DNA of 64,000 bases from contig CAVSBO010000003.1 in the NCBI GenBank assembly GCA_963726195.1, positions 832,001-896,000 on the forward strand, in the 5' to 3' direction. The translations under genes and the position numbers were made by a program. Numbering within the stretch: the stretch's first letter is position 1; each line of letters begins with the position of its first letter. The notes beneath the pieces are model-generated. The model saw only the letters and a program-made list of their open reading frames with translations. It was not told the DNA's origin and ran no database searches. Of this stretch, positions 41,336 to 52,077 are shown piece after piece. Source of the DNA: Candidatus Thorarchaeota archaeon. Its GTDB lineage: Archaea > Asgardarchaeota > Thorarchaeia > Thorarchaeales > Thorarchaeaceae.

Positions 41336-42614
41336 TCACGATTTTTCTCGTTTGCCCGTCTCAGGGATTGTCGAGATTAGTAGTGTTGCAATCAACAACG
41401 TGATGACTAGGTACAAGATCGAATAGAAGTAGGAGCCGCCTACCTTCAGAGCTTCCAGAATCAATAGACCCAGAAACGCTCCGAGGTTGCCGAACCAGAA
41501 TGCCAACCCAGCACTTGCGCCCGAGAGTTGAGGCCCTACTGACTTGAACTCCTCCAATGTGGAGAGTGCTATGGGCATGATACTGACCAAGAAGAATCCG
41601 AGCAATCCTGCCGAAATGAATGTGATTCCTACAACTGTGCTGGTTCCCACAATGAAGGTCATGATGGCACCTACAAGTGCGGCTACAACCAAGAACGGTC
41701 TCCTCTTGTGGACGTGATCTGACAAACCTGAGAGTCCAAGAGCACCGAATATTCCGAAGACTAGGAGGAATATCTCGACCATGACGAGGTTCCCAAACCC
41801 GGCCGAAACAGGTATTCCTAGAGTCGGCAGCAGATCCTCCAGTATTCCCGTGAGGCCAATGAAGATACTGAAGCCCACAAAAAAGCCGAAAGAGATAATC
41901 CACACATTCCTGTCTTTCAACATCGTCGTGACTGGACGCTTCTCAGTTGTAGTCTCAGGGATATCAGGAGGATGTGCGGGCTTGTCTCTGGCGACAGCAA
42001 AGAACAGAACCGTCAGGACAACCGCGAGTATTGTGTAGATGGAGAGAATGTACACGACATTCGCTCGGGCACCCGCAACCGTGTACAGGGGGTTTGCGTA
42101 CATCGGAGTGTTCCAAAGAAGAAGACTCAATGTTGTCCCTACGAGCATGCCAAGCAGCATGAATAGTGTGCTGACACCAGTTGCTAGAGCCCTTTCGTTC
42201 CTCGGGAACCACTTCACACTCAGGTAAGTGATGCAGTCCTGTACCATCACGGATCCTGAGGACAGGCCAAGCTGGCAAAGGAGAATCATCCAGAAGTCGT
42301 TAACTACGAAAATCCTGAGTGCGCCAAAGAGGGTCTGCAAAATCGCGCCGAAGCCAGCTACAACAATCAAGCCCTTCTTGTCTGCCAGTACTCCGACAGG
42401 CAGTGAGAGAATGATGAATGCCAATGGTTGTGATGCTGTGAGCAGTACGATTGTCTGGTTCTCCGGCTGCTAGTCCAAGGACAGGAGTGACCTCATCTCG
42501 TATTAGCGAGAAGGTAAGCCACATGGCTTGTCCAATCATGAATATGAGACCAAATACAAGGAGAACTGCCCATCGGTATCTGTAGACATGAACCTCTTCT
42601 GTCACATAGTTCAC
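41336..42614 (-). CDS. MFS transporter, frameshift near 42450
   Basis: YRYRWAVL N-terminus (ORF 42300-42614) joins ORF 41336-42424 (WFPRNERA, LSDHVHKRRPF). Confidence 0.8.
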
Positions 42615-42774
42615 CTGCTATGACGCAAATCCGAATGCACAGCCTCTAACCAAGTGCGAAACGGGGTATTATCAATTTCGCCGCCGGAGTTCGTATGACT
42701 GAACACCGGAGGAACAACCGGAGTCTGGTCATATCTTGCTGACCAAATCACGAACAAGCTATTCACTACGCGGA

Positions 42775-43979
42775 CTAAACTAGCAATCTCAAGCCGGTTA
42801 TTGGATGTCGTGATATCACGCGTTTCATGATTGCGCTCTTCAGGTCGGAATAGGGTTCAGGCCGCCGATTAGGTCAGTCACGTGACCTCGGATAACCTGG
42901 TCCTTAGCAGCCATCCGTACTATGAGCTCCATATTCTGCTCAGAGTTGAACAACAGGTTGGCAAGCGAGTTTGAGGCCTTCAGTTGCTTGCCGACGTCAG
43001 CCTTCCATCTTCGTTGATATTCTTTGGTTCCCTTTGTTCGCCCCTGAAGAATGTCAGAAACAGTGTCGGCAGCGATTTGGCCTGAGGCCACCGCATAGTA
43101 GATGCCCTCACCCGTTGCTGGTGAGACGAACCCGCCTGCATCTCCTGCAAGCATAATCCGCTTTGTGATTGTATTCTGTATAGGACCCTTCAGTGGAACT
43201 CTCATAGCACTCTCGTTGGACAGATCCACTTTCACAGAGTTCCTCTTTTCGAACTCATCTACAAACTTCTCCCACGCAGTTCTGAGGTCTTTGGCGTAGG
43301 GCATGAGGCAGCCCATCCCGAGACTGACTTCATCCTTCTTCGGGAAGCACCAGCCGTAGCCATGTTGTATTCCGCCAAAGAATATCTCTATGCATACTTT
43401 GTCCGGTCCGTACGGTCCCTGAGTGATGCGCATGATGTCGGAAGGATCCATCGGGACGCCTGCTTCGAAGCAGAGGCCAATCTCGTTGTCTTTCCAGCTG
43501 GTTTTGATACCTGCAGACCTCGCGACTCTGCTGTTGACTCCGTCAGCTCCGACGACATACTTCGAGGTGAAGGACTGTCCATCTTTCGATCGGACCGTCA
43601 CCTCGTCACGAGATTCCTCAAGATCTGTGACTTCGACATCGGATCGGACTTCTGCCCCGGCCTCCTCGGCCTTCTTCAGAAGGAAGTGATCAAAGATGCT
43701 CCTCTTGACCGTGTATCCTGTTAGCATGGGTTTGGTACATACGACTTGAATTCGGGACGGCGAGTAGACATGCGACCCACAACTCTCGTGCTCTATTACA
43801 GGGCTGACGTCGAAATCGAGCAGACTCGTTAGGCCCGGTCTGAAGCCTCCTGCGCAGACCTTTCTACGAGGATGCTCCTGTTTCTCAAGAAGGATCACGT
43901 CAACGCCTTTCTGCGCAGCTCTTCTGGCGCAAGATGCACCTGCTGGGCCTCCGCCAACGATTATCAGATCATGAGCCAA
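42775..43979 (-). CDS. Geranylgeranyl reductase family protein, frameshift near 42855
   Basis: IVGGGPAG, KVCAGG, GADG, YGWCFPK, GDAGG...GEGI; C-terminus continues PYSDLKSAIMKR...LLV-stop. Confidence 0.88.
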
Positions 43980-44138
43980 TGCGAGCCATCTCCACTAACA
44001 AGCATGCAACTTTTCGCTCCCTTTGTATCTTAGAGCGAATGTCGTAATCTGCTACGACTGTTGCCGTAGATACCCAGTCAAATGGAACATCGCACATAAG
44101 AAGCCTTCTGGCGAGAAGATGAAAGCGTTCAACGCCTT

Positions 44139-44663
44139 CTAGTCAGGAATACGCTCATACGTCGTGAGGCCTAGGACCACGCCGACCTCCTCAGGGCTCA
44201 GAAGCTCGGGCTGACTCTGCTTGTTTGCTACTGCTATCTTTTCCACACCGGTGAACTGTTTGTTCAAGATTCTCACTATGTTGCGAGACTTTGATACATT
44301 TTGTTGAGTGCTATCAGTGACCAACACAACGAGATCAGGAACAAAGTTACCAATAACCAGACGGCCGGACGGGTTGGCAACCTCCGCGTAAGGAACTTCC
44401 ATAGCCTCGACTCTTGTGTCAGACCCTACCTTCTCTAGGGAACTGGCAACATGCTGTACCTCGGTTCCCTCAAGACCGACCACTAAGACATTCAATTGAT
44501 GGACTCCAAGAGAACTCTGAATACTCGTGAATAGTTGTGCACGATAATAAGTCTTGACCTTCTCCTCCGACGGAAACGAATCCAAACCGCGGGAAAGTGC
44601 AGTAGCAGAACGCGAGGCAAACGGAAGGGTGGCGCCATAGGAAAAGAATAATAGCATATTCAC
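44139..44663 (-). CDS. Degenerate small-GTPase-like protein
   Basis: NVLVVGLEGT, DLVVLVTDST, IAVANKQ (G4-like); P-loop lysine absent. Confidence 0.55.
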   Translation of the reverse strand: MNMLLFFSYGATLPFASRSATALSRGLDSFPSEEKVKTYYRAQLFTSIQSSLGVHQLNVLVVGLEGTEVQHVASSLEKVGSDTRVEAMEVPYAEVANPSGRLVIGNFVPDLVVLVTDSTQQNVSKSRNIVRILNKQFTGVEKIAVANKQSQPELLSPEEVGVVLGLTTYERIPD

Positions 44664-44771
44664 GTAATACGCTAATGTCTGCTTGAGTATGGAAGAAGAT
44701 TCTCGTGCTCCTTCGCAGGCATTTGGAAACCCTTTGAAGGGTGTGTTGCCCCCAACCGGTGGACCAGAATC

Positions 44772-45059
44772 ATGACATCGACAAAGAAGCTTCCGCTAAG
44801 TGCTGTGGTGGTGTTGAGTGAACTCGCTAATGAAGGTCCTATGTCACCGAAGGACATCACTCAGACTCTCGAACTCCCACCACGAACAGTTAGTTTTGCC
44901 CTGAGGTGGTTGACCAACAGGAAGCTGTGCCGCAAGGTGCCGAACCTTCAAGACATGCGGCAGCCGTTGTACGTCGCAGATCGGGACCGCGCAGCGGAGT
45001 TCAAGCTGGACATGGATAAGGCTCAGATGCTTGCCCTCATGCGTCGCATGATAATGTGA
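44772..45059 (+). CDS. Winged-helix transcriptional regulator
   Basis: GPMSPKDITQTLELPPRTVSFALRWL...PNLQDMRQPLY. Confidence 0.8.
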   Translation: MTSTKKLPLSAVVVLSELANEGPMSPKDITQTLELPPRTVSFALRWLTNRKLCRKVPNLQDMRQPLYVADRDRAAEFKLDMDKAQMLALMRRMIM

Positions 45060-45229
45060 AACGACTCGATTACTTCTTCTTCTGAATGGGCACTCTCCGC
45101 ATCATAAATCAACAATGCTCACGTCGCCAGAACTGGAACACCGGGGATGAGCATCAAGCGCGAGTTTAAGACAGGGATGCACTCCACAAATCTGCCTGAC
45201 CGTCGGTTCTCATTTCAGGAGGAAGAAAC

Positions 45230-47690
45230 ATGACAATCAGGCATACTGCCGAGTACGGGAGCCTGAATCTGGAAGAGACCTTCCGCCTGCTCGACTCTAC
45301 GGCAGACGGCCTGCACGAATCAGATGCAATTGCGCGCACCGCTCAGTTCGGATACAATGAGATAGCCGAACCAAGGTCCGGCGCGCTCAGGGACTTAATC
45401 GGGAGATTCTGGGCCCCGATGCCTTGGCTATTGGAACTCACAATCGCTCTCTCACTTGCTCTTGGACGCTTTTTGGATGCAGGAATCGTGACCGCTCTTC
45501 TCACTATCAATGTCGCAGTAGGTTACATCAATTCCTCTCGTTCCCAAAAGGCTCTCAGAATCCTGATGAAGCACCTCGCGCCCAGTGCCAAGGTGTATGA
45601 GAGACGGAGAATGGAAGACCATAGAGACAAGATTCCTCGTACCCGGCGACTTAATTCTGATTGGTCTGGGTGATGTGGTGCCGGCTGATGGGAAGGTAGT
45701 CAAAGGAGACCTGATGGCAGACCAGTCATCTCTGACAGGCGAGTCGTTGCCAGTGAGCCTGCGCGAGTCGGATACTGTCTACTCAGGCACGACTGTCACT
45801 GAGGGCGAATGCGTGTGCGTAGTAGTGAACACGGGCGAGGCTACAACTTATGGAGCAACGGCAAGGCTCGTCAGAGAAGCCCATCCGGTGTCTCATCAGA
45901 CACAGATAATGCTCGGGGTAGCCAGATACTCTCTGTACTTCAGCTTGGTTGCGCTTCTCGTTGCGTTGGCATATGCCTTCGCAGTCAGGAGTCTGGAGAT
46001 GACATTGGTCTTCGAATTGGCAATCATGTTTCTCATGGGATCTATACCTGTTGCATTGCCAGCAGTATTGGCAGTAGCTGAGTCCGTTGTGTCCCTTGAG
46101 CTTGCCCAAAAAGGGGGCACTGGTCACAAGACTGGACTCTGTCGAGGATGCAGCTTCGATAGACATCGCCTGCATAGACAAGACAGGAACAATCACTCAA
46201 AACAGACTCTCCATAGTTGACGTGATTCCTGTTGACAGATACTCGAAAGAGGATGTCGTGCGGGCAGCTGCCTTGGCCTCTCAAGAGGGTAGCAAGGACC
46301 TTCTGGACCGACTCTCGATAGACTATGCACGGTCTCTAGCAATCTCCCTTGAATCATACGAACAGACCAATTCACTCCGTTCGCGCCTTCGTTGAAGAGG
46401 TCGGAGGCAACTATTCGCCACGGGAACACTCAGTTCAGGGTCATGAAAGGCGCGCCCACAGATAGTGATTGGGCTTTGTTCGCCAGCTGCCAAAACAATC
46501 TAGCCAAATGAATGACAGACTCGATGAACTATCTCAACGGGGTTACAGGACTCTGGCAGTTGCAATGTCCGACTCGGGCCAGACCAGAGAGACTGAATTT
46601 CATCGGTTTGCTTGTGATATCAGACCCAATTCGGCCGGATTCGAAGGCCATGATTGAGAAGCTCAGAGACATGGGTGTGAGGCCGCTCATGCTTACTGGC
46701 GATAACCTAAGCATCGCGAAGGAGATTGCACACCAAGCCTCAGTGGGAGACACGGATAACGAAGACTAGCAGATGCGGGAGATGCCCTGAACCCAGATAG
46801 CCCACATGTTCTGGAATACGATGGTTTTGCAGAGATATACCCGGAGGACAAGTACCGGATTGTGAAGTTGCTCCAATCAGAAGGGCACATGGTTGGAATG
46901 ACTGGTGATGGTGTTAATGATGCCCCAGCGCTCAAGCAGGCAGAGATGGGAATCGCCGTGAAGGGAGCGACTGACGTGGCCAAGGCTTCGGCCAGTGTGG
47001 TGCTTACCGAAGAAGGTATGGGGGTCATAGCAGAAACAATAGTGACCAGCAAGAAAGTCTACCAGAGAATGCTCAGCTGGGTGCTGAACAAGGTCTCGAA
47101 GACCGTCCAAGTTGTAGGGATTCTGACTATCGGTTTCATCTGGTTGCAGGACTTAATCGTCTCGGTCATTGGGTTGGTGCTTGTCATCTTCTCCAATGAT
47201 TTCCTGACCATATCATTGGCCAAGGACAACGTGACAGGCTCGGAGAGCCCAAGCATCTGGGGCATCAGGAACATCAGCCTAACGGGACTGGCTGTGGGGC
47301 TTTTGCTCATTGTTCAAGGCGGACTCACTGACTCTCGTGGGCAGAGTATTACTTCATGATGAACCTCGACACCTTGAGAAGCTTCGTGACAATCACTCTC
47401 ATATTCACAAGCCAGTTCAGAGTACTCATCGTCCGAGAAAGGAGAACGGTTTTGGTCTTCGAGGCCGGGGAGGGAACTCACGGTCACCGTCATTGGCACA
47501 CTATTGCCTTCTCAACATAGCAGTGTTAGGCATCATCATTTCTCCTCTTTCGCTTCAGGTCTTTTCTTCTCACTCGTATTCTCGAGCCTATTCATGATCA
47601 TCTTGGTCGATCCAGTCAAGTGCTCCATGGCACGGAGATTCCATCTCTAGACTCCCCTCATCAACCGACAAGAAGTTCTCAAAGCCCGAA
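45230..47690 (+). pseudogene. P3A-type H+-exporting P-type ATPase, many frameshifts (pseudogene or sequence errors)
   Basis: FGYNE, LVPGD, DQSSLTGES, IPVALP, DKTGT, KGAP, DPIRPDS, TGDN, GDGVNDAPAL spread over about 7 ORFs. End is approximate. Confidence 0.8.
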
Positions 47691-47754
47691 CCATTGTTTA
47701 TTTGTCTCCAGCACGGTACCTTGCCAAGACATAGTGACCCGTCAGGACAAAGAG

Positions 47755-48234
47755 ATGACAGCAAAACGCAAAAACTGAGAAAAGCCACGAAGGACGACAT
47801 TGGTCGCATCGCAGACATGTACATCGAGGACGTTGAGGAAAACAGAGTCAGAGCAAAGAATTCGCCCAGTGACCTCGTCGAACGCTTCCACACTATCCTC
47901 TGTATTGAGGATGAAAGGCTATGTGGATCCATCTCTTGGGAAACACGAGGCGGTCTTGACGATGGTGTCGTCTGAAATAGTTGGACTAGGAGTCAGGCCT
48001 GCATATCGCCGCAATGGGCATAGGCACGAAGGTTGCTAGGCGAAACAATCAAACAACTTCGCGTATTCTTCGCCGAACGCGGGAAGCAGACTGAGAATCC
48101 TTTACCTATTCATGGAGAAAGCAATGAAGGCGCGCGCGAGTTCTACCGGAAAACTGGGATTCACTGAAGTGGCTGAGATACAAGGAATGTACCCACATGA
48201 GGATGCGGCGATATTCGTCTTGAGGATAGGGTAG
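47755..48234 (+). CDS. GNAT acetyltransferase, frameshifted
   Basis: LRKATKDD..., EIVGLGVRPAYRR.GIG, AREFY.KLGF pieces in different frames. Confidence 0.65.
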
Positions 48235-48310
48235 CCAACTGGCGAATTTGCGGACACCTAGAAGCAATGGACAGGAATTGAAACGAATGGGCCGCAATGC
48301 AGTCTTCTCG

Positions 48311-48817
48311 TCACTCTCGACGCTTGTAAGTATAGTAAACCATGATTGACCCAAGTACCGGCATCAGGGGAAGCGGAATCACATTGTGGATAGCAAAAGC
48401 ATCAAGCGAATATGAAAAGAAGCCTAAGCACACAACAAGTATGGCAAATGCTGTGACCACGACATCGGTTAGGAGTGTTCTTGGCCCACCTTCTATGGCG
48501 AAGCGTTTAACCCTGAGGAAGAGAAATAGGCTCATCACGAGCATTCCTAAAGTGACCAGCTGATTCTCATCCAGTAGCGATATGGTCGTTCTGTCGAACG
48601 GACCGCCGTAGTCAGTGCCATATGAATGACTGAATGTCCATAGTGGGGCGGTCAGAAGTACGGCGGTGTAGCTTGAATCAGTGAATTCGTTCATCTCAGT
48701 CACGAGAATGCTAGGCACAAAGAACGCGATCGCTGCCAACAGCAGAATGTGGCCTCTTGGCATCCTGTGCAGAGCAGTTGCCCCCAACACGCCAGTTCCC
48801 ATTGCTATCGCTGCCAA
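48311..48817 (-). CDS. Hypothetical membrane protein
   Basis: 168-aa ORF with 4-5 hydrophobic segments. Confidence 0.55.
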   Translation of the reverse strand: MAAIAMGTGVLGATALHRMPRGHILLLAAIAFFVPSILVTEMNEFTDSSYTAVLLTAPLWTFSHSYGTDYGGPFDRTTISLLDENQLVTLGMLVMSLFLFLRVKRFAIEGGPRTLLTDVVVTAFAILVVCLGFFSYSLDAFAIHNVIPLPLMPVLGSIMVYYTYKRRE

Positions 48818-48974
48818 TTAGCCGCAATTCGATATCTGCTTTGCGACTCACGCAGGCCTGCATTCAGCCGGGCAAATCTCGGTACATGCAAGAGAGATGA
48901 ATGAACAGAGAACAGAAGTAGAGCACAAGTCGATCGGACCAAGCAAAAGAAAGGAAAAGGAGAACTAGGTTTCC

Positions 48975-49196
48975 CTACTCTCCCTTCTCGTACTTGAAGC
49001 TCAGGTTAACCCGAACGCGGTAGGCGGCAATCTTGTTGTTCTCGATCCTGACATCCTGTGACACGATTTCCGCGACTCGCAAGTCGCGAATATGCTTTGA
49101 AGCCTCAGCGATGAGGTTCTTGACAGCGTCCTCCCAAGACTTCGGGCTGACTCCGACCAATTCAATGAATTTGTAGACACTCGGCTCTTCAGACAT
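48975..49196 (-). CDS. Dodecin-family protein
   Basis: VYKFIELVGVSPKSWEDA...YRVRVNLSFKY. Confidence 0.9.
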   Translation of the reverse strand: MSEEPSVYKFIELVGVSPKSWEDAVKNLIAEASKHIRDLRVAEIVSQDVRIENNKIAAYRVRVNLSFKYEKGE

Positions 49197-49332
49197 GTCT
49201 CGGCTCCTCCATTCGAATGGAAAACCAGTGCTATGTTCAGCTTTCGCGACTGAAAAGCGTTATTCCAGTCCGCTTTCCAAGTAAGTCAAGCAGGAAATGC
49301 AAACACACTGCAGTGGGATGAAGACCTGCTGC

Positions 49333-50070
49333 CTAATGAAAGAGCTTCAGAAGCTCCTTGATGTGATGAATCACTGTTGTTCCTGCAGGTGCTTTGGCAC
49401 CTTCCTCCGGGTTGCACCATACCAGTAGAATGGGTGTCATCTCAGCCCTTGTGGCTGACTGCAGGTCGTAGGTGATGCTGTCTCCAACATAGGCGCACTT
49501 TCTTGGATTCACCTGCAGAGAAGACGCAACCTGAACCAACATGTAGGGGGAGGGTTTCTTGTACCCTGGCACGCACGAGTACTCGACAGCTCCAAAGAGA
49601 GAGGACAGGCCATCGTAGGCTAGACGTGCGGATGGGTCGTTATGTCTGTTTGATGCGATTCCCAGCTTGTATCCTCGCGACTTCAACTGTTCAAGAACAG
49701 GCTTACAACCTTCTAGAAAAGTAGACCTCTTCTCTACCGGAACGGCCGCCCACTTACGTTCGCACTCCTGAGCCTTGGAAGCGACATCCTGCTTGATTCC
49801 GAATTCAAGCAGTACTCTGCGATCGTACTCGACCCAGTCTTCAGTAGCGGGCAACCAATGCGGGCCCACCTCGCGTTCAACCAAGGTCCTGTCGAACCAA
49901 GTATCTGCTGGTTCCATGAGCTGCTCAATCTGCTTATCGGACAGATGATTAAACTTCGATGTTCCAAGCTCATGCAAGAAAGACCGGACCATTACCACTG
50001 ATTCCCGGCGGACATCATAAAGAGTGCCGCCCATGTCAAAGATGATGGCCTTAATCGTCTCCAGCTCCAT
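49333..50070 (-). CDS. HAD-family hydrolase
   Basis: FDMGGTL, IASN, KPSP, YVGDSITYD. Confidence 0.88.
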   Translation of the reverse strand: MELETIKAIIFDMGGTLYDVRRESVVMVRSFLHELGTSKFNHLSDKQIEQLMEPADTWFDRTLVEREVGPHWLPATEDWVEYDRRVLLEFGIKQDVASKAQECERKWAAVPVEKRSTFLEGCKPVLEQLKSRGYKLGIASNRHNDPSARLAYDGLSSLFGAVEYSCVPGYKKPSPYMLVQVASSLQVNPRKCAYVGDSITYDLQSATRAEMTPILLVWCNPEEGAKAPAGTTVIHHIKELLKLFH

Positions 50071-50110
50071 GATGAGGTCACCTTAGCCCGCCATTGGCTT
50101 TACGGGGCAA

Positions 50111-51310
50111 CTAACTGCGAGAGCCAATCGAAGAATCCAGGGCTGCCAACAAATCGGCCAAGAGGTCTTCTTTGTCTTCAATACCGACCGACAGGCGAAC
50201 AGTCGATTCCGAGATGCCCATCTTCGACAGCGTTTGTGAGTCAATGTTGTAGTGCGTTGTCAGTACTGGGATGCTTGCCAGACTCTCGACGCTCCCAAGT
50301 GAAACAGCATTTAGAAAGAGCTCAAGCGAGTCTACGAACTTCTTGGTCTTTTCTAAGTCGCAGTCCAAATCCACTGATAGCATTCCACCAAATCCTCGCA
50401 TCTGGCTTCGGGCGATATTGTGATGTGGATGACTAGGCAGCCCGGGATAGTGAACACGTCTTATCCTGCGGTCTTTTGAAATCTGCTGGGCGAGGTACAA
50501 AGCATTACTGTTGTGCCGCTCCATTCGCAAAGCGAGCGTCTTGATTCCGCGGTCAAGAAGGAAAGATGCAAACGGATCTATCGTGCCTCCAAGGAGCTTG
50601 TACGCGGCTCTAACCTTGTCCACGACTACCTTCTTGCCAGACACCGTGCCCGCCGTTAGGTCAGCATGTCCTCCCAGATACTTCGTTGCACTGTGCAACA
50701 CGAGGTCGACGCCCATCTCATGTGGCCTTTGGTTGATTGGAGTTCCGAACGTACTGTCGATGACGCTCATGGTGCCCGTAGATGTGGAGGCGTGAGCCAC
50801 GCTGGCAATGTCCATAATCTTGAGAGTGGGGTTGGTAGGGGTCTCGAAATAACAGAGCTTGTACTTTCCTCGAGAGACCAAGAGCTTGTCAACGAACTGT
50901 TCGGTATCAACAAAGTCGACTTGAATGCCGTTGCTCGGCAGAATCTCCTGAAAGAAGTGCAGGGTTCCGCCATAGATTGAATCAGAAGAGAGAATCTTAT
51001 CACCGCTCTTCGCTAGACCCATGACAGCAGATGATATCGCAGCCATTCCTGAAGAGACCGCAAGAGTATCTTCCGTGTTCTCAAGGGCGCTGATTTTCTT
51101 CTCCACGTGGTGGGTAGTGGGATTGCTCCACCTCGTATACACGTCCTTGCCTGTCTTGCCAGCGACAGAATCGAGCATGTCTTGCTGATCTTCAAAGACA
51201 TACGTCGATGTCTGAACGATGGGAACAACAGCAGGTCCTGTGCTCTGAATTTCCTTTCCTTGCACACATAGAGTGGACAGGCCCCGGGGGCCCCGACTTC
51301 CTTTCTTCAT
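50111..51310 (-). CDS. Cys/Met-metabolism PLP enzyme (cystathionine gamma-synthase/methionine gamma-lyase family)
   Basis: YTRWSNPT, SSGMAAI, ETPTNP, HSATKYLGGH, SLGSVES. Confidence 0.92.
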   Translation of the reverse strand: MKKGSRGPRGLSTLCVQGKEIQSTGPAVVPIVQTSTYVFEDQQDMLDSVAGKTGKDVYTRWSNPTTHHVEKKISALENTEDTLAVSSGMAAISSAVMGLAKSGDKILSSDSIYGGTLHFFQEILPSNGIQVDFVDTEQFVDKLLVSRGKYKLCYFETPTNPTLKIMDIASVAHASTSTGTMSVIDSTFGTPINQRPHEMGVDLVLHSATKYLGGHADLTAGTVSGKKVVVDKVRAAYKLLGGTIDPFASFLLDRGIKTLALRMERHNSNALYLAQQISKDRRIRRVHYPGLPSHPHHNIARSQMRGFGGMLSVDLDCDLEKTKKFVDSLELFLNAVSLGSVESLASIPVLTTHYNIDSQTLSKMGISESTVRLSVGIEDKEDLLADLLAALDSSIGSRS

Positions 51311-51519
51311 TTCAATCACACCAAATCGTGAGCATATCTGACTCAGCTCGCGTTCAGCTGAGGACGCAAATCCTAGACTTGAAGCAGATATAAGAGCTCT
51401 ATCATGCAGTTCAGTAATGGGGAATCGTAGCACATGGATGAGCGCACAGTTGCGTTGAGAGATGGTAGAGAAATCAGACTTCGGTCCGTACCGCCGATGA
51501 CAAGGAACGGTTACTCACG

Positions 51520-51954
51520 ATGTTCTCTACGATCTCGGAATCTGCACTGAGATGGGGTTTGCCGCCCTACACACGGGACAGAATTGAACGTTGGTTTGCG
51601 ACTCCCCAAGACATGATTGGTCTTGTGGCACTAGATGGTGATCGAATAGTAGGCTGGTGCTCGATCTACAAGCAACCACACCCAAGGCGAAAGGGGATTG
51701 GCGATCTGGGAATCTACTTGCACCAAGACTTTCACGGAGTCGGCCTTGGTACAGCCATGACTAAGCAGGCGCTTGCGTTGGCTGAGGAGCAGGGCATGCA
51801 TAGGATAAGTCTTGAAGTCGTTGAAGATAACAAAGCCGCAGTGCGCCTCTACAAGAAGACTGATTTCAAGACTGATGGAAGGCTCAGGGATGCGTATTTC
51901 GGCGATGACAATCGGTACCACGACAGCCTCATCATGAGCAAGATTATGGACTAG
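51520..51954 (+). CDS. GNAT acetyltransferase (true start probably 51434, frameshift near 51490)
   Basis: FHGVGLG, LEVVEDNKAAVRLYKK. Confidence 0.8.
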   Translation: MFSTISESALRWGLPPYTRDRIERWFATPQDMIGLVALDGDRIVGWCSIYKQPHPRRKGIGDLGIYLHQDFHGVGLGTAMTKQALALAEEQGMHRISLEVVEDNKAAVRLYKKTDFKTDGRLRDAYFGDDNRYHDSLIMSKIMD

Positions 51955-52077
51955 GCATTCCGATTCGTACTATGCGGGCCCGCAGTTTCTGTGGGACATG
52001 CTTGAAGCCTTGATCGTGAGAGACGAGTCCAACTCTTGGCAGCCCCGTGTCCTCGCACTCACTAGCGGCTACCATTG

